A DNA stretch of 61,588 nt, counting the filler, from Sphacelaria rigidula (lineage: Eukaryota): NCBI GenBank assembly GCA_964200075.2. It is 5 parts of 5 records of this genome, joined end to end, with 100 filler letters (N's around TTAATTAATTAA, not from the genome) between each part and the next. Parts side by side here need not be neighbours in the genome. Positions count along the whole stretch, not along the records: positions 1 to 12,239 come from CAXNAA020003965.1; positions 12,340 to 24,577 come from CAXNAA020003966.1; 3 more parts are not named here. The stretch is one strand, 5' to 3'. Each line of letters starts with the position of its first letter. The first letter of the stretch is position 1. Under the pieces are notes generated by a model that was not told the origin of the DNA, did no database searches, and saw only the letters and a list, made by a program, of their open reading frames with translations. The position numbers and the translations under genes were made by a program. Shown here one piece after another: positions 1-13,294 of the stretch.

Positions 1-83
1 CTTCCTCCTGTGTGACCCCGGCTGATGCCCCCACATATATCGAAAGGTGTTCACTGGCGCCCAGAATAAATGGGACGACAACA
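1..83 (+). repeat. Short interspersed repeat fragment (probable SINE 3' end), truncated by window start
   Basis: Reverse complement (cccatttattctgggcgccag...catcagccggggtcacacaggaggaag) closely matches 36433-36510 in contig 3; ends in caacac where the other copy abuts a GT run. Confidence 0.55.
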
Positions 84-2841
84 CTGCCCGTCCATATTTC
101 ATGAACACTTGACCATGTCGTATGGTGTTGTGCTGCCCGAACAATCATCCGTTCATATGCGCCTCGAAGGCTACCTGCATACCACAGAAAGGGGTCCAGA
201 GTGCTAGTAACTGCGAAGACAGTCGTTCTCTATGAACCCTGGATCTCTCCAAAGATGTCGGTATTATACTCCACACTACCGTACTTGACATTTCCCCCTT
301 CTTATGGCTGACTTCTACATCACCCCCTCTCCCCTCGAGATGCGTCCGTGGTCTCAACGCATCAGCCCATTTCCCCCCTGGCACGTGTTCTTTTAGTCTG
401 GTATTGCGGATTGGAGCAGAAATCCCGCATCTCGTCAACTCTTATGAAGTCAAGCCGTTTCCACCTGATGTACCCATGTCTAAACACGTCAGAAATCAGA
501 CGCTTTTCAAAGAAGAACACAAGCTCATCTGCTGGAAATCGAATCCGCATCAGTCCGACCTAGTGCTTTCAGTCGTACAATCACACCACCGGGGTGTCAT
601 GAAGACGCATATTAGCCTGTTGTCATGCCGCTTCAGACCCGTTGTCGAGTCTGGCTATTTGCTTTCTTGTGTTTCGGTAGACAAGACTGCAGGCCTGTTC
701 AGAGTTGGTCGGGTACGAATGTGAACCTGTATATTACAGAGATGATACTGGCTTTGGTCGCTGAACACGACCAAAGATCCCACCATCGACCACTATCTAC
801 CGCTCCACCACTGCATCCCAGCAGAAAGAAGTCTAAGCATCGGTGAGGCATATTTGGGTTGGATTGATTGATTGGATACTGGAGTTAGGAACAAAATAAT
901 CAAGGAAAAGTTAAAAGAACCATCGCGTGAAATGCTTGTCTGACATTCGGACGCTGAGCCCGTGTGTGGCTTTTACAAGCTGTAGCAGCCTGACGGTTGT
1001 GTGCTTGCCTCGTAAGATTGTGCCTTGGATTGCAAGCTGCGTCCTTGCATAATTGCCTTCAGCTCACCATTATATTGGCGTTTGACTTAGGAGCTTCTTC
1101 TTTCGCTATTGCGTTCCCTTCTTGATACCGATTTGTATCCCTGCCGTCCAGCTGCGTGACCCCAGCTTAGTGATCACTTTTTCCCCCTTGTGTTTTCCTT
1201 CGGTACAGTAATAGTCGAACCTATCGCTCCTTGATAGTCAGTAGCTTCCGGAAAGCTTCTGCCCTGTGTGTCCCTTAGTAAAGAGTATCCGTGCCCTGCT
1301 ACCTGCGACTTGCTGCAGCGCTTGACTGCACATCTTGTGCTACATGGGGTCAACGCGCACCGCTTGCTATTCTCGCCTTTCTGTCATATTGTACATACAC
1401 CTGCACACATCGCACGGTATAAGTTCCGGCTGCACGACGTAAATCCCTCGGGATTCAGTCAGGCACGTTCATGCGCCAAGTCATCGTTGGCTCGCGTATT
1501 TGGTCCTGTTGTGCCCTTTCCTTCTGCCAGGAGAAGTCTTCTACTACAGGTTTGTAGAGAACATCAGTGCAAAGACGCACTGTTGTTCATAGTCAGCCGC
1601 TGTCCCTCACCTGAGTTTCCTGCCAAGTCAGCACTCTGCTGCTCTATGTTTTTCAGTATCGATTGTACGCGACCGTTGTATCTTTCCTTCACGAAATTAT
1701 TGAACGAGTGCAATTCGTGCTCCCACAAAGTGATCACGGACACCTGTACACGAGATTTGGACCCGTTCCGGCACTTTAACTTCGTTGCTTGTAGCTACTT
1801 TGCTGTTGTTGTAACTTTAGCTTCGTTGCTTGTGGCTACTTTGTCGTTGTTGTCCTCTTCTGTACTTCGCACAACCGTAGAGCAACGCGGTACATCACCG
1901 TGGTAAGTAACAATACACAGCACAACGAACTGAGACCCTCTGTCGAACGAACAAATTTATTGTTCCGAGACGGTTTCGTTGCGATAGTACTCGTTGAAAC
2001 ATTTTAAACCTACGTTACGTGGCCATTTGAACAGACAGCACTCGAAACCAGTGCCCCTTGCCTGTGCCCTACAATTTTTCGGCACGCGCTCCCAGCGTTG
2101 CCCCTGTTATGCACCCGTTACCTTTGTTTCACATACATACGTTGCCTCAACTCCGTTGTGTAACAAGCCTTCACCCTGCACTACGCAGTTCGATTTCGCG
2201 GTCTACATCCCAAGCTTTGTAAAAGCTTTCGTGCTACCTCACGCTGCACAAGTTTCGTGCTCATCTGAAAAAAATAACTCTTTTCATTGCACATCGCCAG
2301 TCGTCCTTGAGCTTGTGCCGGGATAATACAGTTATAGTCTGCCCGTGACGCCACACCCGGAACACGTGTAAGTTGTACGACTTCCACGTCCCAACGCTGC
2401 TGCAGACAATCGGGTCTTCGCTTTTCTTCGACGACATTGGTCTGTTCTGTGCACAATCCCGAACTCCGTTGATAGCTATTACTGCAACAACTTAAATAAA
2501 GTTGTATTGACCAGACCCCGGACATAGTTGTTACATACAGCAACTCGCTTGAATAAATTACTCAAGTGAGTCAGGTCCCACGGTCCCCTCAGGCGCTATT
2601 AGGCTTCATTATCCTGTATTTCTGGATACAAGCTTCGTCTTCTGCACGTAGCATCTCTTGGTGTCACGCTCCTTCGATTAGCGCCCGCAAACCAGACACA
2701 CTGCTCCTACCTTTTCAAGCACAAAGGTTGCGTACGATTATCATGTTGCACAGGTATAACGCTGGCTCTTCCCCCCAAGTGGGAAACCAATCGCTTCGTC
2801 GGACCCGGACTCGAACTACTGGCGGTTCAAAATCTTTCAAG

Positions 2842-5800
2842 ATGAGTGTCACGTCACCTTCAACTCATCGCCGCACGTATGCGAGCGCTGTTCGATGTCC
2901 GAGATCTGAAGACCAACTTTCGAGCGATGCTTGTTCTTCAAGGCTTGAAGACAACACTTTTCACGCCGAGACCTACTCTCTTACCTTCCGACTCGGACTC
3001 AGAGAACAAGGTAGTGCAACCGGCTGAGTCATTGGTTCCTGACGGACATGTCAGTGAGCCCATAACGGTGGATTCCGTTGCACCCCTCTTGCTGCGTTCT
3101 GTTCTTCCGAATCCCAATGCGGAATCAGAAGTCAGGATTGTGCCCCCAGCTGAGTCGTTGCCCCTGGACCCAGCTTGGCCCTTTAACGGTTGCTTCAACC
3201 GTGGCACTCCGTCGCTTGACGGCTGACAACGCTCGAGACGATTCTGTCCCGACGAAGCGTATCGCTTCTGGAGCAAGAGACTTTGTCACACGGGCTGCTT
3301 CCGTTACGGACCCCCCTCGCACGACTCTCGATAGTCCCGTGCGCTCTACTGCGCAGTCCAATGTCGGACCGGCAGTTGCGGCCACGAATGCTGCCATGCA
3401 AACTCTGCATCGCACCTCATCGGCGTCGTCGCCAGCGCCAGCGCCAGCGCCAGCTCTCATCGAGGCATTTACGGCTTTTTGCCACGCCACGCTCCAAGAT
3501 CAATCGACGTCTGCTCATGTGCAATGCAATGATGATTCTGCACCTACCACGCCCAAACCCGTACGTCTGGCGCCCCGTTCGGCGACATCGCGCTCTCCGT
3601 TCGTCTCTCATGATAAAGTCAACGAACATGAGTCCAGCCCTTCCTCAACGTCACACCAGAGTCTTACTTGCGCTTCTGACCGGCGCCGCACACCGAGACT
3701 TGGTCACGACCACGTCTCCCGTTCTGGCAGTTCTAAGGGCAACTCTCAGCAAAGCTTGAATACATCGCGCGTTTCCACACGCCCGAAAAACGTCACTCAT
3801 GGCTACACTTATGACGGTAGTTCACGTCACAGTTCCAATTCATCGCGCGCCCAGAAGCGCCCGGTGAATGCTAATCGTGGACGTACTCACGAGGATGCCT
3901 TGCGGCACAGACAAGTTCTTCGCGCTCGCCCCCATCCGTGGAGGTTCTCCCTCCGCTCGTCGGCCTACTTCTAAGGCTGTACACAAACCGACCCCGTGCA
4001 GAGCAGCTGCAGCTAATTGCTGACAATGCATCACAGGCGCCGGCATTAGCACGAGACATCCTCGATCAGCAACATGACGCTGACACCGCCGCTGCCCGCC
4101 TCCTTATGGAGGATCACGCAGAACAGCTCGCTCGCCCCCATCCGTGGAGGTTCTCCCTCCGCTCGGCGACGAGCGCTGCCCGACCGGCCTACTTCTAAGG
4201 CTGTTCACAAATCGCCCCCGTGCAGAACAGCTGCAGCTAATTGCTGACTCTGCATCACAGGTGCCGGCATTAGCACGAGACATCCTTGATCAGCAACATG
4301 ACGCTGACACCGCCGCTGCCCGCCTCCTTATGGAGGATCACGCGGAACAGCTCAAGGACCTTCAGCGGCAGACCTCCCATGCCCAATCCACGAGCACGGC
4401 GGCGCAACGAGCGCTGCAGGAGGGTCGCACTGCCGCCATGGCGACCCAGAGACGGGCCCGCGAGCTCGAAGATCATGTTCGGCGGACGGCTCAAGCAGCG
4501 GACTCGTCGGTGGCGCGCTTATCCGACCATCAGGCCTCTTCATCTTCCGCCAATCACTTGCTCAGACCCCGCCTGCCAACGCCCAACAGATCGACCTACG
4601 TGATTCCACGTAAGTCCGACAGGACGTCGTCTGCGGTGGCCGCTGCCACCCTCACGACGCCTCCGACACCGCCACCGCAAGAAGATAGCTCGGTGCCGAG
4701 CGCCGCTTCTTCGCAAGACTTGCAACTCGTGTCCCACGAACGAGAGTGGCTTTCTCGTCCTGTGACCACCTATATCGGCCCTTTTGAACGCCGAAATCAC
4801 CTTCACTGTTCCCGCGACGCATGGGGCCTGATCTCACAACGGATGTTCTATGCTGTGGGGGTTTCTCTCGAACAGAACGGCTTCATCCCCAAACAGGGCG
4901 TCCCGGTGCTCATCTTGGGCCAACTGGTTCTACAGACAACCATTGGCAATCACCGGAACCACCAAACTTACGTTGCCGCGGTCATCCAACTTTTTGCGGC
5001 GCTTCGCGCCGCCTACAATACTCATCCCGGCGCCATCATCGACGGAGACGAAGATGAAGGTGGGTGGGCTCCCGTGACATCCAATTGACGGGGTCAGAGG
5101 AAAAATCACAGGCGCAACGACGACGACAACGGTGGAGGGAATTCACGCCGCCGCCAAGGTGGCGGGGGATCCTCTTCGGGCAGTTCCGGACCCAACCGCC
5201 CGTCGCGCAAATCGCACCGCAAGAACCCCGGAGGTAACTCTTCCGGGTCATCCGCAACTGGCTGGAACCGGTCTGACACAAACCTTTCCGCCTCGGGTTC
5301 GGCGACCCCCAGGCAAGTGACTCCTAAACTGGCTGATGTTTCGGCCCGCATTTTAGGTTTATCCGATACGGACACACCTGACCGTCCTTCGTCTTCTACT
5401 GCAGCCCGTGCCTTAGTAATCGCTGCGGCTGACAAAGAACGCTCCGAAGCTAGCAAAAAAGCAGCTTCCGATAGAGCTGAGTCTGCCCGAGTAGCTGCAA
5501 TACAGAGATAGTGTATTCAGATGGATGTGAAAAAATTCTGGCTCATCAAAACCATGCCTGCTGCGGATAACGAAGATTCGGGCCAGTTTACTTCTCCCCC
5601 TATCACGTCCATCCGCCGTACTGTTTGTAACATCCTTCACTTGGCGGATGTGACTGGCACACAACGTTCCGAAGATTCCGACTGAGTAGAGGGCTGGCAG
5701 AATCCCTTGCACAAAGCGATGCATCGATCGATCAGCCGCCGCTCTCCCGCCCTCGCTGCTTCTTTAACGCAGATTCTCGACGGCTTCCTCGCCGAGATGG

Positions 5801-6450
5801 ACCCGGACCGTGCCAAGGGGAAGACAGGCCCGTGATTACTCTCTAACTTGGAGAGGCATCTGATCGGTTACTTCGATAAAAGTGACCAGGCCAGTGCCAT
5901 CCAGAGGTTGAGTTCTCTTGTTGTCGCCTCTGATATCCCCTTCGCGGATTATCTCCGCGAATTTAAGCTTTTGGTTTCGGGTACGACGGGTGTCGGACGC
6001 CAGAATGGACCGAGCGACGCAATGTGTCAGACTTATCTTCGCAATAGCGTTGCTCAACAGTACCTGGCTCTGATGCCGTCGATGTCTCTGGGTGTCTTGG
6101 CGCATCGCGAGGTGCATTACGTCTCCGTTGATACTATGTGGTATGCCTTTGTACACCAAGAGGGGAATCTAACGCCTGCCATACGTGGTAAACCTTCTAC
6201 ATCTGTGCGTTCACAACCTACGGTTGTGTCCTCCGCTAATGCCCAAGGGGCTCGCGGCAGGAATTTGAACTCGTCTCGCGCTTCATGGACCCCCGACTCA
6301 GTCGCCGGTTCAGTTATGCATGTTCAGGATACCAGAGATGCATTTCGCGCGAGTTTTGATGGTTGGCCGTTTCCCGAGGAAACTTGGGATGATGTTTATT
6401 TGAATTCAACAACAGCATTCATAACCGATGACCCCCATTTGTGGAACCCA
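2842..6450 (+). pseudogene. Gag-like polyprotein remnant with long Ser/Pro/Arg-rich N-terminal extension (copy 1)
   Basis: Consecutive ORF pieces (2846, 3078, 4144, 5132, 5317, 5848) collinear with the gag ORFs of copy 2 (e.g. IGYFDKS..AIQRLSS..DIPFADYLREFKLL); stops at 5509 and 5683. Confidence 0.75.
3924..4353 (+). repeat. Tandem duplication of ~206/224 bp inside gag leader
   Basis: gctcgcccccatccgtggaggttctccc...gaggatcacgc(a/g)gaacagctc at 3924-4129 and 4130-4353; first copy lacks ~18 bp. Confidence 0.9.
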
Positions 6451-6849
6451 CGCGCGCGCACCATTACATACACCTCTTTCGAGCGGAAATCTTCGACCTC
6501 GATCTCTCCACAATGCGACGACTTTGAGCTCGACGGCTCTATCAAGTATTCCGGAAGAAAATCACATGATTCTGACGGCACTACTTCTTCAATCGACGAC
6601 TCCAGCCGCACACATTCTGGATCCGCCTTCGACGGTGATCCCTTTCAACTAAAGACGATCATTTATGAAATCGCCAATGACCGTGCCACACCTGGAAATA
6701 ATATACCGTCCACCCCCTTCTCTGGTGAGACATCTGACCCACCGGCGGATCACCCGCCGTGCGTTTTTACTGTCAGGCACGCTGATCCTCACCAGTTTAC
6801 ATTGCCGGAACATGGTCCGGATCTTGTCGGCGGTAAAGTGTCTGTAGAT

Positions 6850-9300
6850 CCGGCCACTTTCACTACTCGCGTTGCGATACATTCCGGTCCAAACGCGATC
6901 ACGCCTACGATATGCATATCCTTGTTGGACAGCGGCAGCCCGCAAACATTTACTCGAGAATCAGCATGGAAACACATGAAACAAACTGGCGCTGCTACTG
7001 CAGCTTGCGAAACCACCACCAAACCTCGAGTGTGGGGCGGTTTCGGTGATTCTGCCGCACCACTGACGACACGTAAATCCGTACGACTCAGTGTGCAATT
7101 CTTTCCCAACACCACTCGATCTGCCAGCCTGGCAGTCTGGGCATACATTGTCCTCGACAAACCATGCATCACGCCATATTATTGGGCAGAGATAGCTATA
7201 TGCGGTTTAATAAACGCACCTACCGCACGCTTCTACCACTAACGCCACATTCCCCGCCGCGTGGAGAATTAAACCTCGAGCACTTCGGTACTCTCCACGG
7301 CGCCCTGGCTTATCAGAAGAATCCTCAAGCAACCGAAGCTGCTTACTACCTACGATATAACAATATCGTGGGTATTACACTATCCGACGACCCCCAACTT
7401 CTTGAAGTTGCACTAGTTCGCCGAAATGGCATGCCAGCACTTACGGGCCATTATCTTGCTGAAATGTTACCCGTATTGGCGCACCAGCCGACATAGAACA
7501 TTTTGTGTCGGCGGGATAACAACTCCTCCCTCTTACGGGCCAAGCTGACTTGGAACCCGGCGATGTTTTAGGAATCGCAGCTGTTCCCCTGATGCACATC
7601 CAACTCGAGACGTGCGTCACAGAGCCTGCCGCGCCAAACGCCACATCTCCGGCGGAGTCAGTCCATTGTGTCGATGAACCCAATTTCGACCTCGCCTCTG
7701 CGACTCCACCCCAGGTCGCCACCGTGGACCCTGCCCAGTCAAATTCCGATCCTCCTGCTGAAGTGCTTCAACGCTTATCACCAGATTCTCGGAATAGTTT
7801 CTTGCGCATGTGGAACCAACTGCCGCCACACATGCGCGACATCAATTTTGACCTTCATGGGCCCGGCTGAGAACCGGCAGTCATCCAAGAACTCAGTGAT
7901 GTCCTGCTACAGCACCAAGACCGATTTTCCCGATCCAAGGCGGATCTTGGGCATTGCAAAACACTGCCCTTTGAGGTTACCCTCCAACCCGGTGTCTCGC
8001 CAATTTCTTCTCGGCCATATCGAACAAACCCGATTCTTACCAAAAAAGTTAACGCCATCTTGGATGCGTATTTGGGAGCGGGACTAATACAACATTCCTC
8101 CTCTCCTTGGGCCTCGCCCCTTGTGGTCGTCCCCAAAAAAGATGGAAACATACGCATAACCGTGGACTATCAACGGTTGAACCGCGTCACTGTAGTCGGT
8201 AAACTTCCAATTCCCCGCATTGATGAAGTTTTCGACTCCTTAGGCGAAGGAAAAATCTTCAGCACCTTCAACCTCGCTTCTGGATTTTTTCAGAATACTA
8301 TACACCCTGATACAGTCCCACTTACGGCTTTTTGTACCTCGTCCGGACTTTATGAGTGGCTTCGAATGCCACCAGGCGCCGCCACTGCCCCGGGATGCTT
8401 TCAACCCTTAATGCAACGCGTGACCGAGGGCCTCGAGCACATCATCATATACCTGGATGATGCTATCGCTTTCGATGCCTCACCTTTGGACATATACGCC
8501 CTCTACGAGAATTTCTCTCTCGCCTACGCACACACGATTTGAAACTGTCTCCATCCAAAGCTCGCCTTGGTGCGACTGAATTGGATTTCTTGGAGCATTC
8601 CATTTCGCCAGCAGGCCTGCATCCGGATACAAACAAAGTCAAGGCGCTGGCTGATTTGCCGATGCCAACTAATATTTCTCAACTTCGCTCATTGTCGGGC
8701 TATCCTACTACCGCAATTTTTTGCCGAATTTATCGAAACGGATTCGCTCCCTTACTGAGCAACTCAAGAGAGGAGCCGTGTTTTCTTTCACCACCGAAAT
8801 GGAGAATATCACCTGCCAATTACTCAGGACGCTTACCGAAAAGCTCGTACCTTGCTTTCCTGATTGGGAGGTAGTACAAGATGGCTCCCGCCTTTTCCAA
8901 CTCCACACTGACGCCAGCACAAATGGATTTGGAGGAGTTTTGAATCAACCTCAGGTTGATGGCTCTGTCCGACCCATCCTTTATATCAGCCGCGCTACCC
9001 TGCCCAACGAGGCCAATTGCAGCCCGCTAGAACTGGAAGGCGGAGTAATCACTTGGGCCATTAAGCGCCTTCGACAATATCTGTTTCACGTGCCCTTCGA
9101 GATCTATACGGATCACGGAGCACTTGAACGACTCGCCAAGGTTGGTGAACACAACCCTCGTGTACAACGATGGTTGGAGTTTCTAACAGCATACCAGTAT
9201 ACCATTAAGGACCGTCCAGGCAAAACCAACAGGAACGCTGATCTTCTTTCCTGCTTACATCTGCCGCCTACGGCCGCAGATTCCAGCTCGGCTTGCCGTT
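6850..9300 (+). pseudogene. pol remnant: aspartic protease, reverse transcriptase, RNase H (copy 1)
   Basis: SLLDSGSPQTF; RPYRTNP..WASPLVVVPKKDGNIRITVDYQRLN; LPIPRIDEVFD; YEWLRMPPG; YLDD; LHTDASTNGFGGVL; ELEGGVITWAIKRLRQYL; YTDH; frameshifts and stop at 7868. Confidence 0.95.
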
Positions 9301-9849
9301 TAACGGAACCTGATAAACCTGGAATTTACGCGATTAGACATTTTTCAACGCCCGTTTACACCCTCGACCTCCAGTGCCCGGAAACCGGTATGCGTATGAG
9401 AGGACCTTGCCATAACACCGTCTTGGGTGGGTTAAAGCCCACTACCTCCGATTTTGTCGATTTCCGCACTTTCAGTACTCGCGCGAAACTCTTCGCGGAG
9501 ACACCTCCAGTCACCCACCTTATCTCCGACAACACGCGCTCCCGGTCTGCCGCCCGCACCACACCGAGTGCCCCGCCGCCACCAACAACACCTCCAACCT
9601 CTATGAGCCACCCAGCACAAGTTCCACAGACCAACACGCGAAAGCTCCGCAAAAACATCTGCACCGTGCGCCACGAGCCGCGGACAATCTTCGCCGCGCA
9701 CTGGTACAACCCCGCGGCCTATAACGGCACCGCAAACATCTCCTGCCCCCGAGCACGGAACTGATGACTCGTCTCCAGCTCCCGGGACAGATATTGACGT
9801 CGGCATTTTTGCCCCGTCGCCTATTTCCCCGCCGCCCGCCCTACCGTGT

Positions 9850-12067
9850 TTGGTCGGCTCGCCAGCGGAAGGTCAACTCCGCAAGTTTCTCGCCAGCTAC
9901 TCCCACCGCGATTGGGCTCGCGAACAAAACGCAGAACCGCTATGTCGCGCAGCCATCCGGTACTTACAACTTGACTGTCCAGTCCCTTTTCCGTCCACAC
10001 TTCTGGCCCCGGTTGGCACACTGCCACCACCAGCTATTTCTGACGTATACGAGCTTGTGCGTAAAGGCACCCTTTTTACTACGGATGAAGATGTGCAACT
10101 ACTCGTACGTCGGCCCACGCCTTTGACAGGCGCAATTGCCGCCTCAACTACGGGACGCACCACACGACTACTCAATGACGAACCAACGCGCATATATGTG
10201 CCATTACTAATGCGCCCCTGGGTCATGAAAGGCTGCCACACAGACTTGTCATGTCACCTTGGCGTCACCCGCACCCTCGCGCTCTTGGAACGCTTCTACT
10301 GGTGGGTTGGCATGGAAATTTCGACCCGCTTCTGCATTCGGCGATGCTTTAAATGCCAACCCCGAAAAACTTCACGACAGACAGTACGCTGGCCCGTCAT
10401 CTCTATGGGACTCCCCGACGAACCCGGCCATCTTGTGTCCTTTGACTACTTCAGCCCTCTACCAACCACAGGTCGCGGCAACAATTACATCTCACTCTTC
10501 ACTGACCCCTTTAGCCTCCACGCGTCCATGTACGCGGTAACCGCCGCAGATTTCACTGCCGCCGAAACGGTCGACATACTGGTCCACGACTATATTAAGC
10601 ACTACGGTTGTCCATAGCGACTACAATGGTCAGCAATTTTGCTCAGACCTCTCTGATGAGCTTTACAAGCTCCTGGGCATCCGCAAAATTGCCACGAGCG
10701 CCTACCACCCAAACGGTAACGGTGGTACCGAAAGTGTTAATCACACCATGGCCCAGATGCTCTCTGTGGTTGTCAATGGCCGCCAAAATGACTGGGACCT
10801 ACATCTCTCGCACATTATGTTGTCCTACAACAACTCGGTTAATGCCGCCACAGGCCTTTCTCCGAACGAACTCCATCTTGGACGTTACCCTCGGCTGCCT
10901 ATCACCGTGTTTGAGCGACACACGTTCGACGGCCACCAAGGATTAGATCAGGATCAGATATCCTACAACGAGCTAGCGCATGCACAACAACGCAAAGCGT
11001 TCACCCTCGTGCGCGAGCAATACGCTATCAACGCCTCGCGCCTAGAGAGATCTAACACTGCTCTCTACAACCTCATGCACAAACGCCCTGACTGGAAAGT
11101 TGGTGATTGGGTCCGGATCTACAACAGTTTGTCGACCATCCGCCAAGGCACCAGCAAGGTAGCCAACGAAACAATTTTGAAGGCAAAATTATTCTTCAAT
11201 TGGACAGGACCATTCAAGATCCTGACAGTCGGACCATCATCATCATCACCAGATGAAAACCCCGTTGGTGACATACTGCTCTATCTCGACTTACCTCGCG
11301 ACTTCCAGGGCAAAGACACTAAGCCCCGCGTCTCCGTGCACAGATGCAAAGCCTGCACGAACCCGCATGATACAAGTGACATGCCCAATTACATGCCTGC
11401 CGGACTCACATAGTATGTTCTCAACAGCTACTCGACCAAGTTCCCGGCCTACCACGTTACAACCGACGATATGACGGAACAGCCCCTTCGATTGACTGTG
11501 TCCTCCATTTCCGGCCACCAAATAACCCGTGGTCGAGGAGGCAAGATCGCTGTCATGTATAAGACACACTGGCACGGTCTTAGGAGAGCGTCTTGGGAAC
11601 GCGAATCCGACCTGCAATTGCACCTCCGTGCAATCCTCCTTTACTGGACGCAATCCCAACATCAGCACCTTGCTCACAACAAGAAATATCGCAACATGCG
11701 CCGTGGCGCAGCAGCCCGCGAACTTCACCGCAATCAGGGACTACGCTTTGTCGCCGATGGTAAGACGAAGCTCTTCGCGAACCAGCGACTCCTGCCTAAG
11801 GGCAGCTGCCTTTGGTTCAAAGGCAGCGACAACCTCTGGTGATTGGGTCAGACCCATCCCGCTAACCTGGTTTCGGCCGACACATACATCGTGCGCTTCA
11901 TCGATGACCCTGGACCCTTACAGCTCAAGCTTCTGCCGGCACTATACACCACCAGCCCATCTGCACCACGCGGATCCTGGTGTCTCAAGCGCCTCAAGTC
12001 CAAAGGACTTCGCCGCGGTCTCCAACACAACATCGACCACATCCACGATGTCCACGCCCCGCTTTGA
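9850..12067 (+). pseudogene. Integrase remnant with C-terminal chromodomain and extra Tudor/PWWP-like module
   Basis: CHTDLSCHLG..CFKCQ zinc finger; VSFDYF; (S)DNGQQF broken by indel near 10617; YHPNGNGGTE; WTGPFKI. One frame from 10748 to 12067 with in-frame stops at 11411 and 11840. Confidence 0.9.
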
Positions 12068-12239
12068 ACACGCTTCTTTGTCGCGCCTGTTGCCCCACCC
12101 CCATTTTTTCCCGAAAGTATTGTCTGCCCTCTCTTCTCCAGCAGGATCTTCTTCTACGACACCACAACAGCGCGACCTACATCGGACGACGATCAAGAAT
12201 TACTGAGACGACCACTACCTACGACTACTGGAGCTATAG

Positions 12240-12339
12240 NNNNNNNNNNNNNNNNNNNNNNNNNNNNNNNNNNNNNNNNNNNNTTAATTAATTAANNNNN
12301 NNNNNNNNNNNNNNNNNNNNNNNNNNNNNNNNNNNNNNN
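12240..12339. other. Artificial contig spacer (N44-TTAATTAATTAA-N44)
   Basis: Exactly 100 bp with a linker giving stops in all six frames. Confidence 0.98.
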
Positions 12340-12369
12340 CAACCAAATACCCCCCCCCCTATCGTAGGA

Positions 12370-12691
12370 TGACTCCCTTACCCGACAGTTTTATGAGTTC
12401 TGTACAGAATGTTTACCCGTACCCGGAGCGTGGGTATGCTCTTGAAGAAATACCCGATTGCCCGTGCCGGTTTTCTGTCAGCCTCCTATACCGTACCCGA
12501 CAAGTCCTGTAATTTCTGTAGGACTTTCATCCAGTACCGGTACCGGATAGTTCTGTGAGCTCTGTAAGCCTCCCATACCCCTACCCGGGGTTCGGGTATA
12601 CCGCTGTAGATACTGTATACCCGATTGCAGGTATGAGCACAGGTATATACCTTGGGGAGGTATGGATATAGGTCCAATCCAAACACAACCT
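12370..12691 (+). repeat. Truncated copy of the ttctgta-subrepeat MITE family
   Basis: Shares tacccgacagtt(c/t)t(g/a)tgagttctgta and gaaatacccgattgcc motifs with 13295-13876 and 44350-44843; ends aaacacaacct. Confidence 0.7.
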
Positions 12692-13294
12692 CATGACCTG
12701 AACATGTACCTACAATCGATCAACCCACCCAACTCCTTCATTTAAAACTGCATACCAATCACGAATCAATGTTGAAAAGTTCTTCACTTTGGGATCTGAC
12801 GGGATACGAGGTACCGTTGGGTGGGAACACGAAACATGATCAGCCCTGCAGACTGTCAGGATGGATCACCCCCAGACTCAAGAGTGGTGGCTCGAGCGGG
12901 GGTGGTTCATCTGCGCCACCAGAGGATCAAGTAGCAAGGCGCACGTCATCGACGTTGATGGTGGTTGTATCGTGGTCATCAAACCCCAGGGCGTTATCGA
13001 CATGTACAGCACAGATTGTATGAGCTGCCATCAAAAGTCGTCAAGGCCGTCGGCAATTCTGTCACGTGCCGAAGGGCTTCCAGAGAACGGGCAGCTGTGA
13101 ATGCTCCTTCTCTATCCTCTGGGAGTGTACGTGAAACCGACGGATGTTGACAATCCATGTTTGTACTACTGCGATTCTTCGTGTAGTCTTTCTCTATCAA
13201 CCCCGTGGAAGCCGTTCAGAGTTTTCGTGGCCTGTCGTCTGTATTTCGCCACTGTTGTAGTGACGTAGGTCCCACCACGGGGGTGATGATAATA

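Larger units (their letters stand above)
2842..12067 (+). mobile_element. Ty3/Gypsy (chromovirus-like) LTR-retrotransposon internal region, degenerate copy 1
   Basis: Domain order gag-PR-RT-RH-IN-chromo: PR LLDSGS (D at 6928), RT PWASPLVVVPKKDG..YLDD (8450), RH LHTDAS/YTDH/NADLLS, IN H-H-C-C zinc finger and D,D,E core, GPF motif, chromodomain. Many stops and frameshifts. LTRs not identifiable; 850-2840 may be LTR/5' leader. Confidence 0.95.

Noticed and set aside
1268-1906. 212-aa ORF, and the 258-aa ORF at 14557-15333, as extra retroelement genes
   Set aside because: Non-ATG starts, Cys/Phe/Leu/Ser-rich composition typical of pyrimidine-rich non-coding DNA, and no similarity between the two copies
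850-2840. LTR and primer-binding site of copy 1 (likewise 13900-15750 for copy 2)
   Set aside because: No second LTR copy within either contig and no recognisable PBS or polypurine tract; the boundaries cannot be supported
12284-12295. TTAATTAATTAA as a biological motif or piggyBac target
   Set aside because: Identical at all four junctions, centred in N runs; an artificial six-frame stop linker
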